Of a DNA stretch of 64,000 bases, positions 30,020 to 40,063 are shown in pieces. Source of the stretch: an uncultured Eubacteriales bacterium (lineage in GTDB: Bacteria > Actinomycetota > Coriobacteriia > Coriobacteriales > Eggerthellaceae); NCBI GenBank assembly GCA_963653545.1, contig CAVJWZ010000001.1:4759-68758 (forward strand), given 5' to 3'. A model generated the notes under the pieces. That model saw nothing but the letters and a program-made list of their open reading frames with translations. It was not told the origin of the DNA and made no database searches. The stretch's first letter is position 1, and every line of letters starts with the position of its first letter. The position numbers were made by a program, and so were the translations under genes.

Positions 30020-31975
30020 ATGGAAATGATTGGATTTCTTGTTTTGTTTCCGATTATCGTAGCTGGGCTATTGTTGGTAATCAGGCAAAACGTTGCACGA
30101 AATATTATTGTGTGTGGCGCAGCTGCCATAATTGGTATAGGTTCCATTGCTTTGGTTGCTATGAACCTTGGAACAACTGGCCAATATTTTTATTTCCAGT
30201 CTGAAATTGTTGATTATGTATGCTTAGGCATCAGTATTCTCATTGGTATCGTTATTATTTGTTATGCCATTAAGTATAAAAATCCTTTAGCGCTTGTTTT
30301 AGCTCTTATTCAACTAGCTGCTATGTTGGTTTTTGAATTTGGATTTGCTCAGGATGCCGTTTGTTTGCGAGGTCTTTATCTTGATTCGCTCTCACTGATT
30401 ATGGCCTTGATAATTGGCATTATTGGTAGTGGCATTTGCGTTTATTCTATTGGCTATATGCATGACTTTTATTTCGGTTTAACGCACACTTCCGATGGCT
30501 TGCCTCATCAAAAAGATAGGCGTCCAATCTTTTTTGCACTTATGTTTTTGTTTCTAGGTGCCATGTTTGCAATTGTATTTTTCAACAACTTGATTTGGCT
30601 TTTTACCGCCTGGGAAGTTACCACAGTTTGTTCGTTTTTGCTTATCGGATTCACTAAAACAGAAGAGGCTATCAGAAATTCATTTCGTCAAATTATTATG
30701 AATTTGTTGGGCGGCATTGCTTTTGTGGCTGCTCTCTTTTTCTTGGTAATTCAATTTGACTGCATTGATTTTATGGATTTCATTGTTGTTGGAACTGTTG
30801 CTCCAGCATTGGTTGTTTTCCCTCTTATGTGTTTAAGCCTTGCAGGGATTACCAAAGCTGCTCAAATGCCGTTTCATACCTGGCTTTTGGGCGCCATGGT
30901 TGCACCAACGCCAACGAGTGCCTTGCTTCACTCTTCGACCATGGTAAAAGCGGGCGTGTTCCTCCTTGTCAAATGTGCACCGATCTATGCGGTTTCATTT
31001 GCTCCCTCAATTATGGTTATTCTTATTGGCGGTCTTACGTTTTTACTCTGTTCGCTGTTGGCTATCTCTCAATCAAATGGCAAACGTGTACTGGCCTATT
31101 CGACGATTGCAAATCTTGGTCTTATCACTGCTTGTGCGGGCGTTGGAACAGCTGAGGCAATTTGGGCAGCAATTTTCCTCGTGATCTTTCATGCCGTTGC
31201 TAAAAGCTTGCTCTTTCTTTGTGTTGGAACGGCTGAGCACCATATTGCTTCCCGTAACATTGAAGACATGGATTTGCTGTTCATGAAAATGCCACGTTTA
31301 GCTCGCATGATGATGGTTGCCATTATGATCATGTTTATCGCGCCATTTGGTATGCTAATTGCCAAATGGGCAACGCTTGTTTCTTTTGTCGATACTCGTC
31401 AATTTGCGCTTTTACTTATGTTGGCCTTTGGTTCAGCGGCAACATTTATGTTCTGGGCAAAGTGGCTTGGTAAGCTTGTTGGTATTGCGGGGTCCCCTGA
31501 AAACATCGAACATACCGTTCATCGAAGTGAGTGGTTTGCCACAGGGTTAATGGCCCTCTTGGCTATTTTAGCTTGCGTATCTATTCCCGTTATTTCCAAC
31601 TCCCTTGTTGAGCCTTATATTGGTTCAGTATTGGGCATTAGTATTCAGCCAATTTTGGATGATAATTTAATCTTATCTGCAATCATGGTTATTTGTTTGG
31701 TTGTTCTTTTCTTAGGTGCTCTTCGCAAAAAGTCCCCCAAAATGCGCCGCGTTGAACCTTATATGGCAGGCGTTACCTTTAGAGATGACAAAGACAGAAC
31801 TTTCATTAATTCGCTATCTCAACCACAGGAGGCAACCTCAAGAAATTGGTATCTAGAAGGTTATTTTGGCGAAAGGCGCCTTGGACCTATAGGAACGGTG
31901 ACCTGTTGGATATTGATAGCCGTTGGGTTTATATGGGCAGTCTTAGCTGCTGTTGGTATTATCACGATGTTTTAG
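30020..31975 (+). CDS. echA: Ech hydrogenase subunit A (NuoL/MrpA-like ion-translocating subunit)
   Basis: Many TM helices; WEVTT, KAAQMPFHTWLLGAMVAPTPTSALLHSSTMVKAG, KRVLAYST and FHAVAK motifs. Confidence 0.92.
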   Translation: MEMIGFLVLFPIIVAGLLLVIRQNVARNIIVCGAAAIIGIGSIALVAMNLGTTGQYFYFQSEIVDYVCLGISILIGIVIICYAIKYKNPLALVLALIQLAAMLVFEFGFAQDAVCLRGLYLDSLSLIMALIIGIIGSGICVYSIGYMHDFYFGLTHTSDGLPHQKDRRPIFFALMFLFLGAMFAIVFFNNLIWLFTAWEVTTVCSFLLIGFTKTEEAIRNSFRQIIMNLLGGIAFVAALFFLVIQFDCIDFMDFIVVGTVAPALVVFPLMCLSLAGITKAAQMPFHTWLLGAMVAPTPTSALLHSSTMVKAGVFLLVKCAPIYAVSFAPSIMVILIGGLTFLLCSLLAISQSNGKRVLAYSTIANLGLITACAGVGTAEAIWAAIFLVIFHAVAKSLLFLCVGTAEHHIASRNIEDMDLLFMKMPRLARMMMVAIMIMFIAPFGMLIAKWATLVSFVDTRQFALLLMLAFGSAATFMFWAKWLGKLVGIAGSPENIEHTVHRSEWFATGLMALLAILACVSIPVISNSLVEPYIGSVLGISIQPILDDNLILSAIMVICLVVLFLGALRKKSPKMRRVEPYMAGVTFRDDKDRTFINSLSQPQEATSRNWYLEGYFGERRLGPIGTVTCWILIAVGFIWAVLAAVGIITMF

Positions 31976-31991
31976 TTGAAAGGAGGCGTCA

Positions 31992-32873
31992 ATGAATACG
32001 ATTTACACTATTTTAAGTACATTATTTGCATCTCTTGCGTTTGCTCTGGTTGCATCTGTTTTAGGTTGTCTTCTCGCAGGTCTTGATAGAAAAATTACTG
32101 CGAGAATGCAGGGTCGTGTTGGACCTCCTTTGCTCCAGCCATACTACGACGTTCGCAAACTTCTTAAAAAGGAATACGTTGGAGTTAATGCGGCGATCGG
32201 AACGTTTGTTGCAACTGCTCTTATTTTTACGTTTGTTGCTGGGGGTATCTTTTTCTCAGGTGGCAACCTTTTGTTGTGTATTTTCATCATCACGCTTGCG
32301 GAGCTGATGTTTATTGTTGCTGCCTATGCCGCACGCTCTTCATATGCAGAAATTGGAGCTCATCGTGAAACGCTTCAGGTTATGGCTTATGAGCCTATGG
32401 TGTTGTTGTTGGGCGTTGGATTTTTTATGGCAACAGGAAGCTTTAATGTCTCAACAATTTTGCATGTGGACGCCCCAATCATTGGTCCTCTTGTTGGTGT
32501 GTTCATTGGTATGCTTTTTATCTTGACTATTAAGCTTCGTAAATCACCGTTTGACCTTTCGTATTCGCATCATGCGCATCAAGAATTGGTAAAGGGCGTA
32601 ACCACTGAAATGTCTGGTAAAGTTCTTGCTTGGGTCGAAATTATGCATTGGTGTGAGAATATTTTGTTCCTTGCTTGGATTGCAATATTTTTTGTATGGG
32701 CGAGCCCACTGTGTATTCCCCTTGTTATTGTTGCTTTGGTGCTAGTTTATTTCTTAGAAATTTGGATCGATAACAATTTTGCGCGCGTAAAGTGGCAAGC
32801 TCTTTTAAAATCTGCGTGGATTGTAACGTTAATTGCTGGCGGTATAAATATAGCCGTGTTGGCTTACCTGTAA
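31992..32873 (+). CDS. echB: Ech hydrogenase subunit B (NuoH-like)
   Basis: DRKITARMQGRVGPP.LQP..D..KL and K..KSPFD....HAHQE motifs. Confidence 0.92.
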   Translation: MNTIYTILSTLFASLAFALVASVLGCLLAGLDRKITARMQGRVGPPLLQPYYDVRKLLKKEYVGVNAAIGTFVATALIFTFVAGGIFFSGGNLLLCIFIITLAELMFIVAAYAARSSYAEIGAHRETLQVMAYEPMVLLLGVGFFMATGSFNVSTILHVDAPIIGPLVGVFIGMLFILTIKLRKSPFDLSYSHHAHQELVKGVTTEMSGKVLAWVEIMHWCENILFLAWIAIFFVWASPLCIPLVIVALVLVYFLEIWIDNNFARVKWQALLKSAWIVTLIAGGINIAVLAYL

Positions 32874-32883
32874 GGAGAAACTA

Positions 32884-33327
32884 ATGTCTCATGTTTCAAA
32901 ATCTCCTTGGATTATTCACTACGATGGATCGAGCTGTAATGGGTGTGATATCGAGGTTCTCGCTGCTCTAACACCTCTCTATGATGTGGAGCGTTTTGGC
33001 ATTATTAATACTGGTAACCCCAAGCATGCCGATATCTTCCTGGTTACTGGCGGGGTTAATGAACGTAACAGTTCTGTGGTCAAAGAGATATACGACCAGA
33101 TGGTTGAACCTAAAGTAGTTATTGCCTGCGGTGTTTGTGCATGCACCGGCGGTATCTTTAAGGATTGCTACAACATTATTGGTGGGGTTGATAACGCTAT
33201 TCCTGTTGATGTGTATGCCCCTGGTTGCGCAGTACGTCCTGAAGCAATTATTGATGCCGTGGTTGAAGGTCTAGCTATTTTAGAAGAGAAGGCTAACAAT
33301 ATGAAGTCTGGCAAGAAGGGGGCTTAA
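32884..33327 (+). CDS. echC: Ech hydrogenase small subunit C (NuoB-like)
   Basis: SCNGCDIE, NPKHADI, ACGVCA and PGCAVRPEAI motifs. Confidence 0.93.
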   Translation: MSHVSKSPWIIHYDGSSCNGCDIEVLAALTPLYDVERFGIINTGNPKHADIFLVTGGVNERNSSVVKEIYDQMVEPKVVIACGVCACTGGIFKDCYNIIGGVDNAIPVDVYAPGCAVRPEAIIDAVVEGLAILEEKANNMKSGKKGA

Positions 33328-33328
33328 C

Positions 33329-33862
33329 ATGGAATTTATTCAAACATTTCAGCCCATCACAATAGATTCCTTGCTTGATACATGCAAGGAATATAAAGGC
33401 AAGGGTTATCGCCTTGCTCAGATTCATCCTGTTCTCGAACAAGACAACACTATTACGATGTTTTATTCCTTCGTTAAGCGCAATGAAGTCATAAATCTGA
33501 AAATTGAGAATGTTATTAAAGGTGAAACGGTGATTCCTTCAGTTACCAGCTTGTTTATTGCCTGCTTTGTTTATGAAAATGAAGCACATGATTTATTTGG
33601 TGTAAATATTGAAGGAAATCTTATTGATTTCCAGGGTGCTTTTTATCGTTTTGGTGAGGGTGTAACTGCTCCTATGACTATCATTTCTCCTGAGCGATTA
33701 GCTGCCCGGGAAAAGGCTGAAAAAATTGCAAAAGCCAAAGCTGCTAAAGCTGCAAAAGAAGCAGCGATAAAAAAACCTTCCACCCAGACACAAGCTATAG
33801 AAAAATCTGATTTAGTCCATTCTGATAGCAATAGCAACAATGCCGTTAAGGGAGGGGAGTAA
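33329..33862 (+). CDS. echD: Ech hydrogenase subunit D (NuoC-like)
   Basis: IPSVT...YENEAHDLFG motif; position between echC and echE. Confidence 0.88.
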   Translation: MEFIQTFQPITIDSLLDTCKEYKGKGYRLAQIHPVLEQDNTITMFYSFVKRNEVINLKIENVIKGETVIPSVTSLFIACFVYENEAHDLFGVNIEGNLIDFQGAFYRFGEGVTAPMTIISPERLAAREKAEKIAKAKAAKAAKEAAIKKPSTQTQAIEKSDLVHSDSNSNNAVKGGE

Positions 33863-33864
33863 TT

Positions 33865-34953
33865 ATGGCTAAAGCAACTGTTATTCCTTTCGGGCCACAA
33901 CATCCTGTTCTTCCAGAACCGCTTCATCTTGATCTTGTTATTGAAGACGAAACCGTCGTTGATGTTCTTCCTCAGATTGGTTTTATTCATCGAGGTTTGG
34001 AAAAACTTGTTGAAACACGTGATATCCATCAATACATCTATGTCGCAGAGCGCATCTGTGGTATTTGTGCGTTTGGTCATAGCATGGGATATGCAGAAAC
34101 TGTTGAACGTTTAATGAACATTGAGGTGCCTAAACGTGCAGAGTATCTGCGCGTGATTATGCATGAGCTCTCTCGAATGCACTCTCATCTTTTGTGGATG
34201 GGTTTAGCTGCTGATGCTTTTGGTTATGAAAGCCTATTTATGCATTCGTGGCGCTTGCGTGAACGAATTTTGGATATTTTTGAGGCAGTTGCTGGCGGTC
34301 GCGTTATCTTGTCATACACCTTGCTTGGAGGTGTCACTAAAGATATAGATGCTCCCATGCTTTTGGCTATTAAAGACAAAATCAATGGCATTAAAGATGA
34401 GTACGCAGAGCTTTGCGATGCGTTTTTAAAAGATACTTCTGTCAAGAATCGCCTTGTCGGTGTTGGTCATATTTCTTATGAAAATGCTCTTGAGTATGGC
34501 ATGGTTGGTCCCTTTGCTCGCGCAAGCAATGTTAACAATGATGTCCGTTGTATTGGTCAGGGTGCTTACTCTGAACTCTCTTCATTTGAACCCATTTTAG
34601 ACACAGATGGCGATTGCTATGCTCGTGTAAAGGTTCGTGCGCTTGAGGTTCTTCAATCAATTGACATCATAAATGAACTCATTGATAAAATTCCCGAAGG
34701 TTCGATTTTAAACAAGGTAAAAGGGTTTCCTGAAGCAGGTACAGAAGCTGTCAATATCCTCGAGCAGCCTCGCGGTGAAGTTTTTTATTATTGTTCTGGA
34801 AATGGAACAAAATTTCTCGAGAGAATGCGTATTAGAACCCCAACATCACAAAATATTGCAGGCATGACTATGGCATTAAAGGGCTGCGATTTAGCGGATG
34901 TCAACATGATTGTTTTAACAATTGATCCTTGTATTAGTTGTACAGAAAGGTAA
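33865..34953 (+). CDS. echE: Ech hydrogenase large [NiFe] subunit E (group 4)
   Basis: GPQHP and HRGLEK; L1 motif ERICGIC and L2 motif DPCISCTER both intact; ends at Arg with no cleavable C-terminal extension, as is typical of Ech. Confidence 0.94.
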   Translation: MAKATVIPFGPQHPVLPEPLHLDLVIEDETVVDVLPQIGFIHRGLEKLVETRDIHQYIYVAERICGICAFGHSMGYAETVERLMNIEVPKRAEYLRVIMHELSRMHSHLLWMGLAADAFGYESLFMHSWRLRERILDIFEAVAGGRVILSYTLLGGVTKDIDAPMLLAIKDKINGIKDEYAELCDAFLKDTSVKNRLVGVGHISYENALEYGMVGPFARASNVNNDVRCIGQGAYSELSSFEPILDTDGDCYARVKVRALEVLQSIDIINELIDKIPEGSILNKVKGFPEAGTEAVNILEQPRGEVFYYCSGNGTKFLERMRIRTPTSQNIAGMTMALKGCDLADVNMIVLTIDPCISCTER

Positions 34954-34959
34954 GAGATC

Positions 34960-35430
34960 ATGGGAAGTTTTAAGCTTGGGAAAATGACCCTCAGGTCTCT
35001 GTTCAAAAAACCTGAGACTGTTCTTTATCCTGTTGAAACACGTCCTCAACCAAAGGATTTAAAAGGCAGCATAGAGGTTGACATTAAAAAATGCACCCTT
35101 TGCCAAATCTGCGAAAAGCGTTGCCCCACTGATTCAATAAAAGTCGATAAAGAAAACGAAAGCTGGTCGATTGATCGCTTTGACTGTATCCAGTGTCGCA
35201 CGTGTGTGCGTGAGTGCCCGTTTCATTGCTTGACTATGCTGCCAAATTACAAAAAGCCAGCAACTTCAAAAAGTATTGATTCGTATAAAAAACCTGAATT
35301 GACCAAAGAGGAAAAAGCGGAGAAGGCGAGAAAAGAAGAAGAAAAAGCGGCTCGCATTAAAGCCGCCAAAGAAGCAAAGGCTGCACGCGAAAAGAGCGCA
35401 GATAAACATTCAGATAACGCATCTGAATAG
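34960..35430 (+). CDS. echF: Ech hydrogenase subunit F (2x[4Fe-4S], NuoI-like)
   Basis: CTLCQICEKRCP and CIQCRTCVRECP motifs. Confidence 0.92.
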   Translation: MGSFKLGKMTLRSLFKKPETVLYPVETRPQPKDLKGSIEVDIKKCTLCQICEKRCPTDSIKVDKENESWSIDRFDCIQCRTCVRECPFHCLTMLPNYKKPATSKSIDSYKKPELTKEEKAEKARKEEEKAARIKAAKEAKAAREKSADKHSDNASE

Positions 35431-35464
35431 TCGATTATTGCCCCTGCTTTTTGTATACTATTAT

Positions 35465-35494
35465 GGTCGGGTCACAAAGGCCCGACTTTGTTTT
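35465..35494 (+). terminator. Probable terminator of the ech operon
   Basis: GGTCGGGTC-ACAAA-GGCCCGACT followed by TTGTTTT. Confidence 0.65.
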
Positions 35495-35508
35495 AACGAA
35501 GGAAAACT

Positions 35509-36162
35509 ATGGCTGCTAATAAATCTGAAGAATATGTGGTAAGCAATAAAATACTTACTATTCCCAATCTTCTCTCTTTTATTAGGCTCTGCTCAATACC
35601 AGTTTTTCTCTATCTTTTATTTAATGATTATAATTTGGCAGCTACCATTTTGTTTGCTGTTGCTGCTTCTACGGATTGGGTCGATGGGCAAGTTGCGCGG
35701 CGTACCAATTCTGTTTCTCGCCTAGGGCAGCTTCTTGATCCTGCCGTAGATAGATTGCTTATGATTTCAGGAGTTTTTGGTCTTTTTGTTATTGGAAGGC
35801 TCCCGCTCTGGATAATTCTGTTTGTTCTCATAAGAGATTTGCTTTTGCTTATTGGTGGCAGCTATCTAATCTCTCGCTATCATATCCGTGTTCCTGTCAT
35901 TTATCTTGGCAAAGTTGCCACAACATTTTTATATATTGGTTTTGCAGGTATTTTGCTTAATTGGCCTTTATTGCTTGGTCTAGGATGGGTGGATGCTTCG
36001 TGGCTTCCTTTGTTTAATTCTGAACTTTATTCCTGGGGCTATTGGGCGGCGTATATAGGGCTTTTGCTTGCTGCTATAACTACCATTTACTATATATACC
36101 AAGGTGTTGCCAAACTTTGCACAGCAAAAAAGGCTTCATTGAGGGCTGATATTGATGGCTGA
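35509..36162 (+). CDS. CDP-alcohol phosphatidyltransferase (PgsA2/cardiolipin synthase-like)
   Basis: TIPNLLSFIR and TDWVDGQVARR....SRLGQLLDPAVD signature. Confidence 0.92.
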   Translation: MAANKSEEYVVSNKILTIPNLLSFIRLCSIPVFLYLLFNDYNLAATILFAVAASTDWVDGQVARRTNSVSRLGQLLDPAVDRLLMISGVFGLFVIGRLPLWIILFVLIRDLLLLIGGSYLISRYHIRVPVIYLGKVATTFLYIGFAGILLNWPLLLGLGWVDASWLPLFNSELYSWGYWAAYIGLLLAAITTIYYIYQGVAKLCTAKKASLRADIDG

Positions 36163-38305
36163 ATATAGAACCAATTCATCTCGATCGCACAAACATGACA
36201 AACGTTCTTCGACAGAACGGTCAAGATCACGCCAGGCGAGTACAACCCAGAGAGCTCAACGAGCAAGCCGTTCATCGGTAATAGGTACTGAAAATTTTGC
36301 CCAAAATGTTTGGAGCGATACACCGCGGAATAGATCCCGTAATTCCTCTCAGAACAACAGGGATCATCGAGACAATTCCAATGATTATCTTGCACAAATT
36401 CTTAATGGGCTCAAACAGATTGGTTTGATGATTTTAAAAATCCTTATGTTTGTTGGCTCAAAGGTATTTTCTTTTTTTAATCGTACAAGAAACACTCGTA
36501 TTGTGGGAATAGTTTTAGCGATTCTTATCTTGGGGGGGCTTGGAGACTCATTAATTAATATGGGAAAAATATATCCTGGTGTAAAAGTTGGGATAGTAGA
36601 AGTTGGCGGCAAAAGTCCTGAAGAAGCCTCACAGCTTCTCAATGACACCTATCAATCAAGAGTGAAATCGAATACGGTTACACTTTTTGCCAGCAACGAT
36701 GCAAAAAACAATCCCGCAACATCCGATTCTGTTGCCTCGATAGAAGAGCAAATTTCCTATGAAGAATCTCTTGCAAACCGAACACAATGGACTACTCCCG
36801 CTTCTGAGGTTGGTGCTAGTTTTGATGCTGAAACATCGGCAAATAACGCCTTTCAGGTGGGGCGGGGCGGCATAGGCGGCCTCTTCTCTCGGTTGCAATG
36901 TTTAGTCTTTGGATATACGGTCACACCTGAATGTTGCTACAACAATGAACTTTTTGAATCGCTACGTCAATCCATTAGCTCTTCTGTTGGTGATCCACGA
37001 ATAAACTATGGGGTTCAAATGAATGGCTCTGTTGCTGAAGTTACCGAAGGGCATGATGGTGACGAGGTAAGTGAAACATGGCTCAAAAATGTGCTTAATA
37101 GCTCATATTGCAATGACGAGAAAAACTCTTCTTATGTAGTCAAAGTCGAGCACGCTCCCTTGCAGGTTACGAAAGATATGGCGCAAAATACCGCCGACAT
37201 CATCAATACTTCAATTGCTCAAGGCATATCTTTTGTTTATGAAGGTGTTACTTGGGATACATCGCGCGACGATTTAGCTAGTTGGATTACCATTGATTTG
37301 TTTGAAGAAAATGGCAAATACCAACTAAAACCAGCATTCAAACAAGAAACAACAAAAAATGCTTTACTATCGAGAGCAAGCGAACAGATAAACAGCGAAT
37401 CGCTGCAAGTTTCTTTTAATGTTTCAGATACTTCAGAGGTGCAAGTTACAAGCAATACTGACGGTAAAGTTCCTGAAGTTTCCGAAGCTGTCAATAATAT
37501 GAATGAAACGTTTTTTACTGAAAGCTCTCGTTCGGAAAAGCCCCAAATAGATATACCATCGATTGATATTCCTGACCAAATGTCATTTGATGAAGCAATC
37601 TCGCTTGGTCTTATAGGAGAAATTTCGTCATATACGACTCAATTTTCTTCTGGGGCAGAGGCTCGTAATCATAACATTAGAACGGTCTGTGGCTATCTTA
37701 CTAACTCCGTCACAAAAGCTCATGGCGGGGTATGGTCTTTTAACGATATTGCCGGAGAGACTACAGAAGAGCTTGGTTACTTGAATGCTGGTGCAATAGT
37801 TGATGGTGAATATACCGACGAAATAGGTGGTGGTGTTTGTCAAGTTGCAACAACGATTTACAATGCCATTTATGATGCTGGCTATCCTATCGTGGAACGA
37901 CATAATCATACTCTCTACATTGCAAGTTACCCTGAAGGACGAGATGCTGCCATAGCATATCCTTATTACGATCTCAGATGGGAAAACGATACTGCCTCAG
38001 ATGTTTTGTTGGTTATGTCGTATACGAATACATCGGTAACCGCTACACTGTATGGAGTTGATCCGGGTTATAGTGTTTCAACCCAATACGGCGAATGGAA
38101 AGCAGGGGAGAAATATGCAACAACGTACAAAAATGATGAGACTTTATCTGCTGGAACAGAAAAACTTAAAACTTCTGGTGAGAATGGCAGAGAAATAACT
38201 ATTGTTCGTACGGTAAAGGATTCACAAGGAAACATTCGAGGTGAACAAACCTTTACTTCGGTTTATGACCCCAAAAATGAAGTTATCTTAAGGGGAACCG
38301 CATGA
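36155..38305 (+). CDS. VanW-family protein with peptidoglycan-binding and G5-like domains
   Basis: Arg/Ser-rich disordered N-terminus, one TM helix, RNHNI...SFN, GGGVCQVATT.YNA, ERHNH, GRDA and a C-terminal G5-like segment. Start is uncertain (36152 or 36155). Confidence 0.88.
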   Translation: MAEYRTNSSRSHKHDKRSSTERSRSRQASTTQRAQRASRSSVIGTENFAQNVWSDTPRNRSRNSSQNNRDHRDNSNDYLAQILNGLKQIGLMILKILMFVGSKVFSFFNRTRNTRIVGIVLAILILGGLGDSLINMGKIYPGVKVGIVEVGGKSPEEASQLLNDTYQSRVKSNTVTLFASNDAKNNPATSDSVASIEEQISYEESLANRTQWTTPASEVGASFDAETSANNAFQVGRGGIGGLFSRLQCLVFGYTVTPECCYNNELFESLRQSISSSVGDPRINYGVQMNGSVAEVTEGHDGDEVSETWLKNVLNSSYCNDEKNSSYVVKVEHAPLQVTKDMAQNTADIINTSIAQGISFVYEGVTWDTSRDDLASWITIDLFEENGKYQLKPAFKQETTKNALLSRASEQINSESLQVSFNVSDTSEVQVTSNTDGKVPEVSEAVNNMNETFFTESSRSEKPQIDIPSIDIPDQMSFDEAISLGLIGEISSYTTQFSSGAEARNHNIRTVCGYLTNSVTKAHGGVWSFNDIAGETTEELGYLNAGAIVDGEYTDEIGGGVCQVATTIYNAIYDAGYPIVERHNHTLYIASYPEGRDAAIAYPYYDLRWENDTASDVLLVMSYTNTSVTATLYGVDPGYSVSTQYGEWKAGEKYATTYKNDETLSAGTEKLKTSGENGREITIVRTVKDSQGNIRGEQTFTSVYDPKNEVILRGTA

Positions 38306-38333
38306 GAGATTATTATATGAAAGGAGCGGATAG

Positions 38334-39641
38334 GTGTACTATCAGCCTGAAATAGAAACCATGTCGCGCGAAGAACTTGAAAAAGTTCAACTTAATAAGT
38401 TAAAAGATCTTGTTAAGCGTGTTTATGAAAAAATTCCTTTTTATAGAGAGTCTTTTGATGCTGCTGGAGTAAAACCTGAAAATATTCAATCTCTTGCAGA
38501 TATCACTAACCTTCCCTTCACGGTTAAACAGGATTTACGCAATGCTTATCCCTTTAAAATGTTTGCAGTTCCTCAATCAGAGGTTGTACGCATTCATTGC
38601 TCTTCAGGCACTACTGGTACAGCAACAGTTGTTGGATATACCAAACATGACCTTGAAGTTTGGGGCGATTGTTTTGCTCGTTTTCTCTATGCTGCAGATT
38701 GCGGCAAGGATGCTACCATTCAAATTTCTTACGGATATGGTTTGTTTACCGGTGGTTTAGGCGCCCATCAAGGAGGCGAAACCGCAGGATGTACGGTATT
38801 GCCTATGTCTACCGGCAATACTAAGAGGCAAGTGCGCCTAATGCATGATTTTGGTGTTGATTGTTTGTGTTGCACTCCTTCGTATGCACTCAATATTGCC
38901 GACGTTGCCTATGAAGAAGGCTTTGATCCTGCCAAGGATTTTAAGATTCATTCGGCAGTTCTTGGTGCAGAACCCTGTTCTGAAGCAATGCGTAAAGAAA
39001 TTGAGCGCAAACTCGGTGTTAGGGTTCATGATATTTACGGACTTTCTGAAGTTATGGGTCCTGGTGTTGCTTGTGAGTGCGAAAAGCAAAATGGACTTCA
39101 CGTATGCGAAGATCACTTCATTATTGAAATTGTCGATCCAAAAACTCTGCTTCCTGTTCCTGATGGTGAATGGGGCGAGGTGGTATTCACTACGCTTTCT
39201 AAAGATTGTTCACCGCTTATTCGCTATCGAACACGTGATATTTCACGTATTTTAGTGGGGGAATGCGAGTGTGGGCGTACCTTCCGTCGCATGGATCGTA
39301 TTGCTGGTCGAACTGATGACATGCTCATTATTCGTGGCGTTAATGTATTCCCTTCGCAAATTGAAGAAGAGATTGTATCCTTCCCTGAGATTGCGGCACA
39401 ATACCAGCTCATTCTTACCACCAAAGGAACGCTCGATCATGTTGAATTACAGGTTGAAACCGTTCCCGATTTTCCTTTCGATGAAATTCGCCGCTTAGAA
39501 AAGCTCAAGAAGGATCTCCAGAAAGCTCTTAAAGACAATCTTCAAGTTGCCGTTGAGGTAAAAATTGTTGAGCCTAAAACTATTGAACGCAGTGAAGGTA
39601 AAGCGAAACGCATCGTTGATCTAAGGGAGGGTCTTCACTAA
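38334..39641 (+). CDS. paaK: Phenylacetate(aryl-acetate)--CoA ligase, copy 1
   Basis: RIHCSSGTTG, YGYGLFTGGLG, YGLSEVMGPGV, RYRTRD and GRTDDMLIIRGVNVFPSQIE motifs. GTG start after AAGGAG. Confidence 0.92.
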   Translation: MYYQPEIETMSREELEKVQLNKLKDLVKRVYEKIPFYRESFDAAGVKPENIQSLADITNLPFTVKQDLRNAYPFKMFAVPQSEVVRIHCSSGTTGTATVVGYTKHDLEVWGDCFARFLYAADCGKDATIQISYGYGLFTGGLGAHQGGETAGCTVLPMSTGNTKRQVRLMHDFGVDCLCCTPSYALNIADVAYEEGFDPAKDFKIHSAVLGAEPCSEAMRKEIERKLGVRVHDIYGLSEVMGPGVACECEKQNGLHVCEDHFIIEIVDPKTLLPVPDGEWGEVVFTTLSKDCSPLIRYRTRDISRILVGECECGRTFRRMDRIAGRTDDMLIIRGVNVFPSQIEEEIVSFPEIAAQYQLILTTKGTLDHVELQVETVPDFPFDEIRRLEKLKKDLQKALKDNLQVAVEVKIVEPKTIERSEGKAKRIVDLREGLH

Positions 39642-40063
39642 TGATTAAACAGCTTACGGTGTTTCTTGAAAATGAAGAAGGACGTTTGGCCAGTGCGGTT
39701 CGAACTATTGCAAATGCAAATATTAATATGCAAGCACTCTTTTTAGCTGATACGGCTGATTTTGGGATCTTGCGTATTTTTTGTGACACTCCACAAAAAG
39801 CGTGTAATGAACTGACCGAGCATGGATATCGTGCAAAACTGATTGATGTTGTTGCAGTTAAGGTTCCTAATAAGCCAGGAGAGTTGGCTAACTTAATGGA
39901 TTATCTTGACGATAATAAAATAAATGTTGAGTATGCCCATTGTTTTATTGTAGGTGAAAATGCTTTTGATGTTCTTAAGGTTGCCGATGCCTCTTTGGAT
40001 GTAAAGCTTTCTGCTGCTGGATTTGATATATGTAAACCGGAAGATATTTATGTTGTCGATTAA
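39641..40063 (+). CDS. Tandem-ACT (amino-acid-binding) domain protein, copy 1
   Basis: KQLTVFLEN..G.L, ADT.DFGILR and V...PG.L....IN.EY patterns of the PaaK-associated ACT family. Confidence 0.88.
   Translation: MIKQLTVFLENEEGRLASAVRTIANANINMQALFLADTADFGILRIFCDTPQKACNELTEHGYRAKLIDVVAVKVPNKPGELANLMDYLDDNKINVEYAHCFIVGENAFDVLKVADASLDVKLSAAGFDICKPEDIYVVD

Noticed and set aside
30020..35430. Cluster read as NADH dehydrogenase (nuo) or Ni-free Ehr
   Set aside because: The large subunit keeps both CxxC Ni-binding motifs and the six-gene order matches echA-F.
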